A stretch of 64,000 bases of DNA, taken from positions 74,896,001-74,960,000 of the forward strand of contig NC_135664.1 of assembly GCF_964188315.1 (NCBI RefSeq), in the 5' to 3' direction. Position 1 is the stretch's first letter. Each line of letters starts with the position of its first letter. Under the pieces are notes generated by a model. The model had not been told where the DNA came from. It did not search any database and was given only the letters and a program-made list of their open reading frames with translations. Positions 44,147 to 58,229 of the stretch are shown one piece after another. The position numbers and the translations under genes were made by a program. Source of the stretch: Podarcis muralis (Eukaryota).

Positions 44147-45680
44147 CGCTAGTGGCCAAAATTGTGGAAACCTTTTGGGGAAAGTGTATTTCTGAGGTTT
44201 GATGGCTCAGAACATCACTTTCTTTTGGAGCAATACCATAAAATTATATATCAACAAAAAGACAATTTAATGAAGAATGTAGTGCAATAACTTTTATAAA
44301 GGATTATTTATTACAACAGCAGTCATAAAGAAGAAATGTGAAGCACATAGAAAAAAAGGTTATATACAAAAATTCTCACCATGTCAGTTAATATTTAGTT
44401 TGGTAACCTTTAGCTTTAATTACAGCCTTACAATGCCTTCCCATGGAGTGAACAAAGTTTTTTAGTTCTGCATCTGTAATAATGTGAAACCAAGATTGAA
44501 TTATTGCCTCTATTAATTGGGTTTTAATGCTGGATTGCTTTTAACAGGTTTCTTCAGTCAGTTCCACAGATTTTCAGTTGGGTTAAAGGTCTGGGCTATG
44601 TATTTTTGGGCATTTACATTCAAATTAATGATGCAAATTCTGCCCACACCTTTTGCTGTCATACAGCCCCAGATCATAACACTAACTGGGTCTTTCATGG
44701 TAGATGTAATGCAAGTAGGATGTAAATCTCCAATTCTTCTCCTAGCATATTTCATGCCATCACTACCAAGCAAGGAGATTTTGCTCTCATCACTCCAAAT
44801 AACACTGTCCCAGTGTTCCGCTGTCCAGTTAACATGGGTTTTAGCCCAGTTTAATCTTTTCAACCTTTGTCTGAGAGATAACAATGGCTTTTTCCTTGGA
44901 ATTCCAGCATTTAGACCATATTCCTGCAGTCTGCGCCGAACAGTCCTTGCACTCAATTTCACATTGCACTGCACCATGTCATCTTGTATATACCCAGATG
45001 ATTTTCTTGTCACGTAGGCACAGTATCTCAATTTCTCTATCATCACTTCTTGTGCATCTTTTCAAGCCTTTACTAGTCTGATTTTGTAGTGACTGAGTCT
45101 CCTTATACCTCTTTGTCAAGTTTCCATCAATTTTTCTTCTAATTTCTTCATAACTGTAGCCTTCTTCACTTAATAGTACTATTTTACATCGCTTCCTGGG
45201 TGACCAGTCAACTCTTTGCACCATTTATTTAATTTTATTATGTTTTACAAGCTCACTATATGAAAGAACACCAAAAAATAACCCAAAGAACTTGAAAGCA
45301 ATCACATAACACACTGACAAATGTCCTCCTCTCAGCTCCAGTACATAACATCAATAGCTGAATCCTACTGTGACCTGATTGGATCACTGCCAAAACAAGA
45401 TGACACCTGATTGGCTCTCTAAAAACATGCTCATTGGCTACATTTAAATGAAGAAAAGCTACTGCATTATCAACCTAAGCAAGTTGTGCTTCCTTTTTCT
45501 GGTTATTTGGCTATAACTTTTGATAGAATACAGATAATTGAACATTACATTCTTCATGAAATGATCTTCCCATTGATAAAGAATTTTACGGTATTACTCC
45601 AAAAGAAAGTGGTGTTATGAGCCATCAAACCTCAAAAATACATGTTTTCCAAAAGGTCCCCCCAGTTTTGGCTGCTAGGG
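44147..45680 (-). mobile_element. Tc1-family DNA transposon remnant with degenerate transposase
   Basis: About 100-bp imperfect terminal inverted repeats (44147-44245 vs 45585-45680) and a TA at the left end. Fragments: HTH region, ARTVRRRL..G, KKPLLS, VIWSDESK, VMIWGCM, NPTENLW, AVIKAKGYQTKY. Stops and frameshifts are present. Confidence 0.9.
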
Positions 45681-46458
45681 TGGGCTGGTGGCCATCCCTG
45701 CCTCCTGAAGTCTGATCCAGCCACAGGGCTCTTCTTGCTTACGCCAACCTGACTTCCTTTGCTTCCTTGGGGAGAATGCAAGAAAACAGGGGTGTCCAAC
45801 AGGTTGATCTGGATCGACTGGTCAATCCCCTGGAGGTTTTGGTAGATCCCTGGCTCCTCCATCTGGCCCCTCCCCCGTCCTGTAGATCGCTAGAACGGAA
45901 GTGATGCTGTCTCCTTAGCGACCGATCGCTGAGCACTTTTCATTCATTAAACCTGAAAACACCCCCCAAAAAGGGATGTTCCTCTCTTAAAAAAGCTCAA
46001 CAACTGACCCCCCCCCCCCCAGAGGTTGATCATAATCATGTGAGTAGATCGCGGTCTCTTAGAAGTTGCATATCCCTGCAAAAAAGTTATCCAAACTCTG
46101 CCGCAAGTCCTTCAAATATTTATTTCTGAAGGCAGACGCCATCCACAATAGCTCATGGCTGAAGATCCCCAAGATGTGGGGCGGGGGGGATCCGTGAGCC
46201 CAACTCCCACCAAACCATATATTCCCCCCACCTCCCCAGCATTCTTAAGGGGAGGGAACTGCTACGGGTTCTCTGCCTGGTCACCCACACCACAAGGATC
46301 CAGAGGAGCAGAGCTGATCTCTGTCAGGTTGCCTCCCTTAGGGAGGGAGGGCCAGCACCTCTGTGCAGGGACCACTGCTCCCCACCCCCAAGTCCCTGCC
46401 AAACTGGGCGCCCCTAGCTACTCGAGGAAGCGGATCTAGGCCACCCCATTCCCTGGCC

Positions 46459-49400
46459 TCAGGTTGACGGGGGGTTTTCTTCTGGGCTGTTCTCCTCTTT
46501 GTCAGTCGAGTCCTCCCCCTTCTTCTCCAGTTCGAAATTCTGAAAGAAGACAAGAGAAAGTTGGAACAGCAAAACATCAGAGAAAAAGGCCAGTCCACCT
46601 CTTGGGGGGCTCCGGCATGGAATCTTTCCTTCCAAGTCCTTCTCAGTTCCAACAGCCACTACAGGCAGCGGCAATTGAGGCTTCTGCTGTCCCAGTTTGC
46701 GTCTGCCTATCTGAGTTTGTCCATAAAGAAGGCTGATCGCCAAAGAATGGATGATTTTGAATTATGGTGCTGGAGGAGACTCTTGAGAGTCCCATGGACT
46801 GCCAGAAGATCAAACCTATCCATTCTGAAGGAAATCAGCCGAGTGCTCACTGGAAGGACAGATCCTGAAGCTGAGGCTCCAAGACTTTGGCCACCTCATG
46901 AGAAGACTCCCTGGAAAAGACCCTGATGTTGGGAAAGATGGAGGGCACAAGGAGAAGGGGACGACAGAGGACGAGTTGGTTGGACAGTGTTCTCAAAGCT
47001 ACCAGCATGAGTTTGACCAAACTGTGGGAGGCGGTGGAGGACAGGAGGGCCTGGCGTGCTCTGGTCCAGGGGGTCACGAAGAGCCGGACACGACTGAACA
47101 ACTAAACAACACCAATGTGAGTTTGAGATTGTTTTCACTGTATTTAAATTACTGTTCTTGTATTAATTTTTTTTGCAAAGTGCCAATTGAACACAGGGCA
47201 TACACTAACCCTTCCCAGTAAGGAGGCAGCCACTGTTGCCATCACCCTGTTCCTCTTGCCGCAGCACCTGGCTTTTCTGTTGCAGAAGAAACAAGGGCCT
47301 TGCTGCTCTGGCTGTTTTTTATTGCTCGATCCCTGACAGTAGCTGCTCTCACCTGCAGCCAGAAGCGAGAGTAGCAGGGAAGAGCAGGTATGGCCACAGA
47401 GGAAAAGGAAAGCAGCCGGAGCCTGTAGCTGCTCAAAGCGGAAGTGCGGCAGGGGTGGGACTGGCAGCTGGGCCGATGAGCCAAGGCACGGGGTGAAAAG
47501 GGGCTCTTCAGCCGCAGCCAGCTGTAGTGACTGTCAAAACCAGAGGTCACTACAGGCTTGCGGGGGCTTCAAAGCAGTTCAATTAAAAGGCAGTTCAGTT
47601 GCTGTGATCCCTGCATTGCTTCGGTTTGCTCTAGATGACCCCCCCTGGATCCCTTCCAACTCTATAAAGTGCTGGGTTCTATGCTCTTCCAAAGGAATAC
47701 GGCGCAAGTCTCCACAAGCTTAGGTGCCTCACAAGGACAGGGTGCGGGAACACACTGGGGAGATTTGCTCTTACTTCCAGTTCCTTCAAGACTTCATCCA
47801 TAAAGTCTTCTGAATTCTGTTTGTAGGCCACAGCCAGCTTGATGGCATCGTTGAAGACCTGGTGGGAGAGGAAGGGAGACCACTGAAGAGGTAAGAAGGT
47901 GGGCTCTGGGTTTCTCCCACCCCTTTTTCCACCGGAGGAAAGCCGATTCCACCACCCATCAGCTCCTCCCCCCAGGAAGCCTGCCAGCCACCGGTCCTGC
48001 CTCCCTCCAAGGCGAAAGCTCTCTCCTACCTTCACCACATTGGTGCCATCTGCAGCAGACACAAAATAGAAGGGAAGGTTGAACTTCCGCGGAAAGCTGA
48101 AGCCTTTCTGAGTCACCTTCATGTCGGCTGGAGGAGCAAAAGAGGAGGTCATTGCTCAAGGAGCCATTGTGGGGAAGGCACACTACCTAGGTAGCGCCCG
48201 CTTGATCATTTAAAAAAGCAAGGCATAAAAGTTTAATAAAGCACTCATCTTTCTCCCTGTGATTGCTATTGTTTAAAATACAAAGTCTAGTACAATGATG
48301 TTGAAAAACTGCTCCATGAATAGGGGGCAGGAAGGAAGGTGGTTAACGTCACTAATGCTAGCCACTCAGTGCTGTGCCCAACCAGCTTAAGCAGAACTAC
48401 CTTCCTCCACTGGCTTCGACCCAGGAGAGAAAGCAGATTATTTTCATTACTGCATTCAGAAAAGAACTGGCTTTCTGGGCAGGATTGACGCCAGCGGAGC
48501 AGTGGGAGCTGGTCAACTCGGGCAAATGGGGCACTGCCCTGCCAATCAGTTCACCCTCAGCCAGCTGCCTGTCAAGGATTCTGAAGTCCAGAGGCTGAGT
48601 CCTAAGTTGAAAACCAACAAGTTAAAGTGGCCTGACATTTCCCTACACTCTTTTTGCCCCCCCCCCTTCTCTTTGATATGAGGGATTTCTCTGTTCCCCT
48701 CTTTAAGTGTGTGCTGCAGGGGAGCACGGCAGGGCCTTTGCAGTGGTGGCACCCCATGTGCAATAGCCTCCCTTGCTGCAAGATGTCACAAGAGTGCCTG
48801 GGGTAAAATTGTCTATCAAAAACTTCACTCTTGTGGTTTATCACAACAGCTACTCACTTTGGGTTTTAGTAAAGTACTCACTTTGGGTTTTAGTAAAGTA
48901 AACAGTCTAATTTGTCAGCTCCTATGATAACGAGCATCAGAACAACTTGGCCACAATAAGGAAATTCTGCCCGTGGTAAGACTATTTTCCACCTTCCCAT
49001 TTCGACTCTCTTGGCACCCTATCTGCATAACCTAGTGATTTTAAAATACAGACGCGCTTTTGCTCTCACAAGATTGAATGTATTGCCCTCGGCTGTACTT
49101 GAGGGACGATTCCAACAGATTCCTCATGAAAAATGCTTCTGTCCCTGTGGAGATGGCAGTACCGATTCGGTGGCACATGCCCTTTTGGCTTGAACTCTTT
49201 ATAAAGACTTGAGAAATGAGGTTATCACCCCTCTTTTATCGTCCATTCTGGGTTGCCTGACCACTGCCACAGCATCCTTTCTCTTGGCAGATCAAGAGAA
49301 GCAGGCGACAGCAAATGTTGCAAGGTTTTTATCTGGGGCAGTTGGAATAAGATCCACTATTTGACCATTGATTCAAAACCCTAAATTTTATTTTATATAA

Positions 49401-52400
49401 TTGACTTTGTATTTCTGTTCTTTGTATATTGTATTGTTGTTTCATTGCTATGACTGATGGCTGACGCAAATAAAGATTCATTCATTCATTCATTCATTCA
49501 TTCATTCATTCATTCAATGGCCCTACCGTAGGAAAGCCTGCCTGGCCACCACACGGTGTGCCTTGTGGCAGCCAGCAGGAATTTCTGCTTGTCTTTGCTA
49601 TGCGGGAAGGGAAGGGATTCTCTGACCACTGAACTCATCCTGCTGCCCAACAGATGCTCCTAATTCATGTGGTTGCTGAGGCTTGTGAGCTTTGCTTTTA
49701 CAACTACAGGCCAGCACACATCTGATCTCTACCCCAGTGATCCTCCAGAGCTTCAAGGAGACCCACCGTCGATTTTGTTGGCAACCACAATGCAAGGGAT
49801 CTGGGGGCGGAATTCCCGCAGCTCCTTGTACCAACTGCTCAGGTTCTTGTAGGTGACCTTTCTCTGGATGTCAAAGACCTGGCAAGAGAGAGGGGAAGAG
49901 CCCATTGCAGACACAGGTGGCACTCTGGCCTGAAATAGTCAAGAATCCAGTCCAAACCCCGGTAATGTAGGAATCACAGCTGAAGAATCCATTAAAGATG
50001 GCTATCCAACTTCTGCTTAAAAACCTCCAAGGGAGGAGAGTCCACCACCTTCCCAGGAAGCCCGTTCCACCATTGAATGACTCTTACAGCCAAAGTTTTT
50101 GGTGTTTCGCAACTTTGACCTGTTGCAGGACCTTAGCCAGACCTTAGCAGAGCATATGCAGCATTCCAGAAAGCAACCAGTTGCAGGCAGGATGGACGAA
50201 GCAGGAACAAAATGCTGCTACCAGTAACTTGTTTACTTAGAGGTGTTTATTATTTACAGCAGACTTCAAGTTACTATGTACAAGAACAGAACAGATACGG
50301 ATCTTAACTAGCTCTCTCTTAACGAATGCCAAACGACTCCACACTGACCAACAACCTTTCCAGTTGGTTAGGTAATAAGTCATCATGCCTGTGTGAGACC
50401 TCAATCAATGGTAGAGATGTATCTAAGGTCTCATATCTCCAGGCAGAATTACTCCTCTGCTCAGTACCCTTGGCTTTCGGCCAACTCTTAATTGACTTCG
50501 TGTGAAGCTGCACATGGAAGAAAAATCGCAGCACCCCCTCACAGCTCACACAGAGCAATTAACTTCTGAGCACATACAAAGTATTTCATCCAACTTTGCA
50601 AACCCAAACATTCACACATTTGCTTGTTTTTTACAAACAACAACGGTTTCGTCAAGATGTCAGCAATGTTTGACGTCCCCAAAAGTTTGACCTAATTATG
50701 GAATCACAGAGCTGGAAGGGACCCTGAAGATCATCTTGACCAATCTCCTGCAATGCAGAAATTTGTACCCTCCCTATACAGGGATCAACTCGACCTAATG
50801 TTTAGTTGGAATCTCCCTTCTTGCAATTTGAAGCCACTGGTTTGGGTTGCCCCCCTCAAGAGCAGCAGCAGAGAGGGTAGGACCCGAACCAGTAACTTGA
50901 GGGGCTGGCTGGGGGGCGGGGGCGGCAGAATTGCAGGGTCCAAATGCCTCCAGGGAAAAGCATGCTCTGCGGAAGCCAGCAGGAATGCCGAAGGCCTCCA
51001 GTCTTAAATGAGGTCGTACTTTGCAGCATGCAAAGAGTGATCTCCTGCCCCACGGCTGACCAAGACAAACCACACTGCAACAGACCCACAGCTGGGGCAA
51101 CAGATGCCCCCTCCCAGCAACTGAGCTCTTGGGAGCTCCTTATTTATTCAATTTATATTTCACTCTTCCCTCCCAAAGGAGCTCACGTCGGCAAAGTGAT
51201 TTTACTGCAGTATGGTTTCATGTTTTTATATTCTTGTAAACCACTGTGCCATATTTATATGATACAGCGGTATATAAATATTTTATATAAATAAATAAGA
51301 TAAAAACACCAGTGATAAAACACGTAAAAATATATCTGAAAACACTTTAAAACAATCACAGTCTCCCATCCAATGGTTTTAGGACTGCCATCAAACACAT
51401 GGGTAAAGAGGAATGTTTAAAAATTATTCCCAGGAGTCAATATTACAGGAGGCAACCTCACCAGGGAGCCGTGGTTCCCAATGTGGGGCACACGCCCCAC
51501 AGGGGGGCAATTAAATTTTTAGGGGGGGGGCAACTCAAGAACGAGTCATTAACAGTGAATGGCATTTAGGCTTCCTCCACGTGAATATGAGTTTGCTTTT
51601 TGAATAACAAGAATTATACATCATGGGGGGGGGCAGAATTTTAGAGATGCTTAAGGGACGCAGGTGGCGCTGTGGGTTAAACCACAGAGCCTAGGACTTG
51701 CCAATCAGAAGGTTGGCGGTTTGAATCCCCACAACGGGGTGAGCTCCCGTTGCTCGGTCCCTGCTCCTGCCAACCTAGCAGTTCGAAAGCACGTCAAAGT
51801 GCAAGTAGATAAATAGGTACCGCTCCGGCGGGAAAGTAAACGGCGTTTCTGTGCGCTGCTCTGGTTCACCAGAAGCGGCTTAGTCATGCTGGCCACATGA
51901 CCCGGAAGCTGTACGCCGGCTCCCTCGGCCAGTAAAGCGAGATGAGCGCCACAACCCCAGAGTCGGCCACGACTGGACCTAATGGTCAGGGGTCCCTTTA
52001 CCTTTTAAGTGGGGCATGGCCAAAAAAAGGTTGGAAACCACTGCTGGGGAGGAAATTGCACCCATGGAAGGCTCTGACACGGAAAGGGCTGATAAGCCCA
52101 CCTCCAGTGTCAAAGGTTTCTTCAGATACCACTTTCCTCAAGCACTCAGGCTTCATGGTCGTAACGACCAGATCCCGTTTCCGAAACGGGAGTCCGTTCA
52201 ACTCCTGGAACTGTTTGAAAACTTCCTGCACTTAATTGAAAGCCGCTTCGGACGTTCGGATTCCAAAAAACGTTTGCAAACCGGGACACTCACTTCCGGG
52301 TTTGCGGCGCCCGGGAGCAAATTTGTTCGGTACCACTGTACCTTTTTATAACGGCAGCCAAGATTCCCCCCCCTTGGACGGGCAAAATTCTGCACAGGAT

Positions 52401-55400
52401 TTCCTACTGTAGAATCCCGGCTCTGCAGAATACTCACATCCCATAACACGAGTCGCATACGGAAGTCTAGGCTGACCCAGAACAAGCAGGGGGAAAGACG
52501 CAGCTCCGTGGGAGAGCTTGGCGAAGCATACACAGCACAGCCCGAGCCAAAGCCTCGCCCGAACTTCTCAAAGCCAGACCAGGCTTCCCCGCTTTCAGCC
52601 TGCCATCCCTGGTGCCCCCTCTGCAGCCCCCGCCCAAAAGGCAGCCCGCCCACTTACCATGATGCAGGCGTGAGCCTTGTAGTAGTAGGAAGCATGCATG
52701 CTCTGGAAGCGCTCCTGCCCAGCCGTGTCCCAGAAGTCTGAAAAGCAGGAATGGCCCACGGCTGCATTAACCACAGCGGGGAAGAAAGCTCCACTTCTAG
52801 CTTACCCAGGGGTTTAGAAAGTTGATGCAGGGTTTAATCTGCTCCCAGCCTATCTTAACTTCTAAAGTTAGTGCTGAGGTTGCTTCGTGATAATTCTATC
52901 GCTTTACTTTTCTTGGAAACCGTAGGTTTTCTGATGATCAAAGTGGTGTGCAAATGAATAAAGGAATAAATCTCTAGATCAGCCTTTCTCAACCTGTGGG
53001 TCCCCAGATGTTGTTGGACTACAACTCCCATCATCCCTGAGCTCTGGCCTTGCTAGCTAGGGGTGATGGGAGTTGTAGTTTAACAACATCTGGGGACCCA
53101 TAGGCTGAGAAAGGCTGCTCTAGATACAAGCACACTCTGGTCAGAGAACGCTTCTTGAGAGCTTAGCAGGTGAAGGAGGATGTAAAAACTCTTCCTCCAT
53201 CACCAAGGGCAACAGGAAAACAGATGCTGTCTGTGATCTGCCTGACTTATATTTTCCTGGCCCCAGCTAGCCCACCCCTGGTACCCCACTACTGGGTGGG
53301 GTGGGGGTGGGGGAAAGGAGGAAGCGAAGAAAATTTAATATCTTACTGAACTTCTGTATTTACTCCCTGGTGAAGTGCCTGAGTAAATCAAAACTCACTG
53401 GGTGTGAAACTTTTTCTCTTACCTGCTTTGCTTTCTGTGCCCCCCCCAAAAAAAAACAGTTGGAGGATGGATGGCGGCTAACAGATTGAGGTTGAATCCT
53501 GACAAGACAGAAGTACTGTTTTGGGGAGATAGGGGGCGGGCAGGTGTGGGGGGCTCCCTGGTCCTGAATGAGGCAACTGTGCCCCCGAAGGACCAAGTGC
53601 GCAGCCTGGGAGTCATTTTGGACTCCCAGGTGTCCATAGAGGGGCAGATCAGTTCTGTGTCCAGAGCAGCTGCCTACCAGCTCCATCTGGTACGCAGGAT
53701 GAGACCCTCCCTGCCCACAGACTGACTCACCAAAGTGGGGCATGCTCTGGTTATCTCCTGCTTGGACTACTGCATTGCGCTCTATGTGGGGCTACCTTTG
53801 AAGCTGACCCGGAAACTACAACTAATCCAGAATGCGGCAGCTAGACTGGTGACTGGGAGCGGCCGCCGAGACCATATAACACCGGTCCTGAAAGACCTAC
53901 ATTAGCTCCTTGTACGTTTCTGAGCACAATTCAAAGGGTTGGTGCTGACCTTGAAAACACTAAACGGCCTCAGCCCAGTATACCTGAAGGAGCGTCTCCA
54001 CCCCAATTGTTTTTCCCGGACACCAAGGTCCAGCTCCGAGGGCCTTCTGACAGTTCCCTCCCTGAGAGAAGTGAGATTACAGGGAACCAGGTAGAGGGCC
54101 TTCTCAGTGGTGGCACCTGCCCTGTGGAACGCCCTCCCACCAGATGTCAAAGGAATAAACAACTACCTGACATTTAGAAGACATCTGAAGGAAGCCCTGT
54201 TCAGGGAAGTTTTTTAATGACTGATGTTTTAACGTATTTTTAATCTTCTGTTGGAAGCCGCCCTGAGTGGCTGGGGGAAACCCAGCCGGATGGGCAGGGT
54301 ATAAGTAATAAATTATTATTATATTATTATTATTATGCTAAATACATCATAAATGAGCCACCATAGCTGCTAGATGACCATGAACATTTGTGTCCCAAGC
54401 TTTTTAGACTTGTCTAAACGTGGGTGGCGCTGTGGGTTAAACCACAGAGCCTAGGGCTTGCCGATCAAAAGGTTGGCAGTTCGAATCCCCGCAACGGGGT
54501 GAGCTCCCGTTGCTCAGTCCCTGCTCCTGCCAACGTAGCAGTTTGAAAGCACGTCAAAGTGCAAGTAGATAAATAGGTACCACTCTGGTGGGAAGGTAAA
54601 CGGCGTTTCCGTGCGCTGCTCTGGTTCACCAGAAGTGGCTTAGCCATGCTGGCCACATGAGCCGGAAGCTGTACGCCGGCTCCCTCGGCCAATAAAGCGA
54701 GATGAGCGCCACAACCCCAGAGTCGGCCACGACTGGACCTAATGGTCAGGGGTCCCTTTACCTTTACCCATGTACGAAACCCAAGGGGCATACTGGTTGC
54801 CACATGTCATTCCCATCCCCAGCTCTCCTACTACCCCACTAAATTTTGCATGAATACACTAGGTGATTTCCTGATCTGACAGGGGCAAGCAGCTTCGCCC
54901 AGAGCTGGTGCCATTCCGAAAGGGAGTGGGAGAGACCCCAGTTCCCGAGTCCCACGGGGCCCCAAGCTGCCCTGCCCAGGAAGGTTCTCACCCACGAGGA
55001 TCGTCTTGCCATCCACGGTGGCTGTATGCTTGTAGAGTGTCAGGGCGAAGGTGGACAGCTGGTGAGGCTTGCTGCGGGTGCGAGTCAAGGTGCCTTTCGG
55101 GCAATGTCACTGTTTTTTAATCTAACCGCGGGCGCGCCAGAGAAACTTGATTTCAGACAGCCATCATTTCACCATTAAGCAACGGATGCAGCCGTCAGCT
55201 ACCTGCCAGGACACCTCCCTTCCCTTTTATTGCTTATTTATTTTATTTATCTACCACTCTACATCGAAAGATTTCAGGGCGGTTCACGGAAAAAATACAG
55301 GATAAAAACAAGTAAGTGAAACAAAACAGGAAAACAATAATGCCCCCCCTCCCACACACACATTTAAAAGGCTGTAGAATATTAATCCGCCAAAGCCCTG

Positions 55401-57190
55401 GATGAAGAAAAATATTATAAGTAAAATGACTATTAGGTATTTAAACCATTTCCGCTCCCTATCAAAGTAAAGTGTCCCCCCAGAACACATAATACTTCAT
55501 TAATTAATATAAGAGAAGCTTATATTACACACCCATCCTCAGGCGAGGGGGTTCTGCATTGTGCATGTAGGTGGGGGGGCATGTATACAGTATGCAAAAA
55601 CGGATAAAGTGCAGACAGAATTGTAGAAGGGACCCTGGGGGTCATCAAGTCCAACCCTCTGCAATGCAGGAATTACGCAGCTCTCCCATATGGGGATCAA
55701 ACCTGCAACCTTGGCATTATCAGCATCGCGCTCTAACCCAGGCTTTCCCAAACTTTGGCCTCCAGCTGTTTTGGGACTACAATTCCATTCCCATCATCCC
55801 TGACGACTGGTCCTGCTAGCAAAGGATGATGGGAGTTGTAGTTCCATAAAGCAGCTGGAGGCCCAAGTATGGAAACTGCTCTAACCAGTAAGAGCCGCTG
55901 CCGTGAGTGCAAGGGAGTTTTAATCTCAAACAAGCAAATGAATTAAATGCCACTGCCATCCCCACCCCTTTCTGGGCTGCAGCTTGTGTAAGTTTGCAAG
56001 ATCTCAAAGGATACAACCCATCCAGGAGAAAGCGTTCCATTAACCTGAAAGAGAAGGAAACAGAAACCTAGTGAGGAACGGGCCCGTTCAGAAAAATCAA
56101 AGAGGTGTAAAGATACAAAGGCTTTTTTGGCCACACTCTGCATCCTCCATTCTGAGCTGCGCCAGAGAATGAGGACTCTTTGGCTACTTGCCACAATGCC
56201 TATGCTCTACCTCTGGGGCCAATGGGAAATGTAGTCCAAAACCAGGGCCAGATTTACGTATAAGCTAAACAAGCTATAGCTTAGGGCCCCACTCTCTTGG
56301 GGGCCCCCAAAAAATTGAAAGGCAAAAAACCTGAATGTACATTTCCAAAATAGAAGATGAAAAACCAATAAAATAAAAGCTATATGCAGCAAGTCATGGG
56401 CCCCGCCTGCTAGCCTGCTCCCTAAAATATCGCTGGTTGAATATATTTCTTCTTAATTGTATTTCACTATTAATATACAGTGGTACCTCTGGATATGCAC
56501 ACCTCTGGTTGTGTATCCTTCAGGATGCAGATGCTGCAAACCCAGAAGTATTTTTCCGGGTTTCGCCATACGCGCATGCGCAGAAGCGGTCCCTCTGGTT
56601 GTGGAAATCTCAGGATCAAAACCAGAGCTCCGGAACGGATCCTGTCCGCAACTGGAGGTACCACTGTACTACTTCTCAATTGTATCTCAGTTTAACAATT
56701 ACTTTGATAAAATACATATTTTGTGATGTGCAAATGGCTTTAGATAGCTATTAGGTCCATCAATGAGCATATAGCATATATTCAGCACAAAAAAACAGCG
56801 GCAATTTGTTGTTGGCAAAGGACAGCTGGACACAGAAAGGGCCCCATTACCTTCAGTAGCTTAGGGCCTCATCAAACCTAAATCCAGCCCTCTCCAAAAC
56901 ACAGAGAGGGTGCCATGTATCTATGCTGCCCGTCCAAAGGAAAACAAGTTTTAGTAGAGCTGGACCTCCATAATGGCAATGGAAACGTCAGCGACGGAAG
57001 CAAAGCGCAGAACCTCTGGGCGGGAATAGTCAGATAAGCCAGATATCCTTTGGGACTTTTTCTCGGCCACTCACTTGGACTTCCCCACTGCGCTGTCCCC
57101 AAGGCAGATAATCTTCACATTCTCATCAGCGTCGTATTTCTCCTGATCCAGCTCCAGGCTGGCGTCTCCATCGGCCATCTCCTCGGCCAT
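46459..57190 (-). CDS. RABL2: Rab-like protein 2 (226 aa). Coding exons 57190-57075, 56044-56015, 55071-54992, 52737-52658, 49878-49767, 48127-48030, 47858-47775, 46539-46459
   Basis: VKIICLGDSAVGKSKLMERFLLDGF, LSTFALTLYKHTATVDGKTILVDFWDTAGQERFQSMHASYY, VANKID, FVSAADGTNVVK, FNDAIKLAVAYKQNSEDFMDE, acidic tail and no CAAX. All introns are GT-AG; exon lengths sum to 681 nt. Confidence 0.97.
46712..47110 (+). mobile_element. Bov-B LINE 3' fragment in the last RABL2 intron
   Basis: [39 protein letters not shown]. Confidence 0.9.
48980..49516 (+). mobile_element. Non-LTR retrotransposon 3' end with a CCHC-like knuckle and (ATTC)n tail
   Basis: RRAFALTRLNVLPSAVLEGRF...CPCGDG..DSVAHALL; aataaag followed by (attc)n. 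Clade not assigned. Confidence 0.6.
51655..52006 (+). mobile_element. Sauria SINE
   Basis: Full head, body and tail; similar to the copy at 7563. Confidence 0.88.
53455..54320 (+). mobile_element. L2-clade LINE 3' fragment in a RABL2 intron
   Basis: NRLRLNPDKTEVL...VRSLGVILDS followed by the standard 3' region. Confidence 0.9.
54420..54768 (+). mobile_element. Sauria SINE
   Basis: Full body and (ACCTTT)n tail. Confidence 0.88.
56245..56893. mobile_element. hAT-like non-autonomous element with a nested Tigger-like MITE; 3' part also at ~18235-18465
   Basis: agggccagattta ... taaatccagccct ends; internal sequence shared with 18300-18465. Confidence 0.65.
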
Positions 57191-57604
57191 CAGGCTTTGG
57201 CAGGATCAGAGCAACACCTGTAAGGCCAGAGGGACAACGGTGGAACTCTGCATCCTATTACGCCTGGTACCTGGCAACCCTGTTTTCCATTGGTAGGCAG
57301 ACTATGGCCCGGGTGCGAATCCGGCCCAATCACCTTCTAAATCTGGCTCGCGGATGGTCCGGGAATCAGCGTGTTTTTACATGAGTAGAATGTGTCCCTT
57401 TATTTAAAATGGATCTCTGGGTTATTTGTGGGGCTTAGGAATTCGTTCTTCTTTTTTCGTTCTTTTTTTTATAGTCTGGCCCCCCACAAGGTCCGAGGGA
57501 CAGTAGACCGCCCCCCCGCTGAAAAAGTTTGCTGACCCCTGGAGTCTTTTCCCTGCCCAGACTGGAGCTTGCCACAGGGCAAAGGGGATGCCAGTGCTGG
57601 TGGT

Positions 57605-58177
57605 TGACCGCTGGCACCACCACCAGTCGGGACGACCTGTGCGTCATGGGCACAGGCATGCAGTGCCCACCTAGGCACCAGAATGAGCCCCCCAAAAAAC
57701 CAGGCATCTTTCCTGGCTGTGCTGCACCCCTATTATTATTAATTATTATTACTATTATTCTTGACCGCTGGCACCACCACCAGTCAGGACCACCTGTGCG
57801 TCATGGGCACAGGCATGCAGTGCCCACCCGGTACCAGAATGAGCCCCCCACCAAACCAGGCATCATTCCTGGCTGTGCTGCACCCCATTATTATTACTAT
57901 TATTATTGACCGCTGGCACCACCACCAGTCAGGACCACCTGTGCGTCATGGGCACAGGCATGCAGTGCCCACCTGGCACCAGAATGAGCCCCCCACCAAA
58001 CCAGGCATCTTTCCTGGCTGTGCTGCACCCCATTATTATTACTATTATTATTGACCGCTGGCACCACCACCAGTCAGGACCACCTGTGCGTCATGGGCAC
58101 AGGCATGCAGTGCCCACCCGGTACCAGAATGAGCCCCCCACCAAACCAGGCATCTTTCCTGGCTGTGCTGCACCCCA

Positions 58178-58219
<42 letters not shown>

Positions 58220-58225
58220 ATTATT
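57605..58225. repeat. Tandem repeat of a 145-bp unit, 4 copies, each ending in (TAT)n
   Basis: ttgaccgctggcaccaccaccagtc recurs at ~57605, 57761, 57906 and 58051. Confidence 0.92.
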
Positions 58226-58229
58226 ATTG

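Noticed and set aside
57605-58225. CRISPR-like array
   Set aside because: The host is a eukaryote, whole units repeat with no unique spacers, and there are no cas genes.
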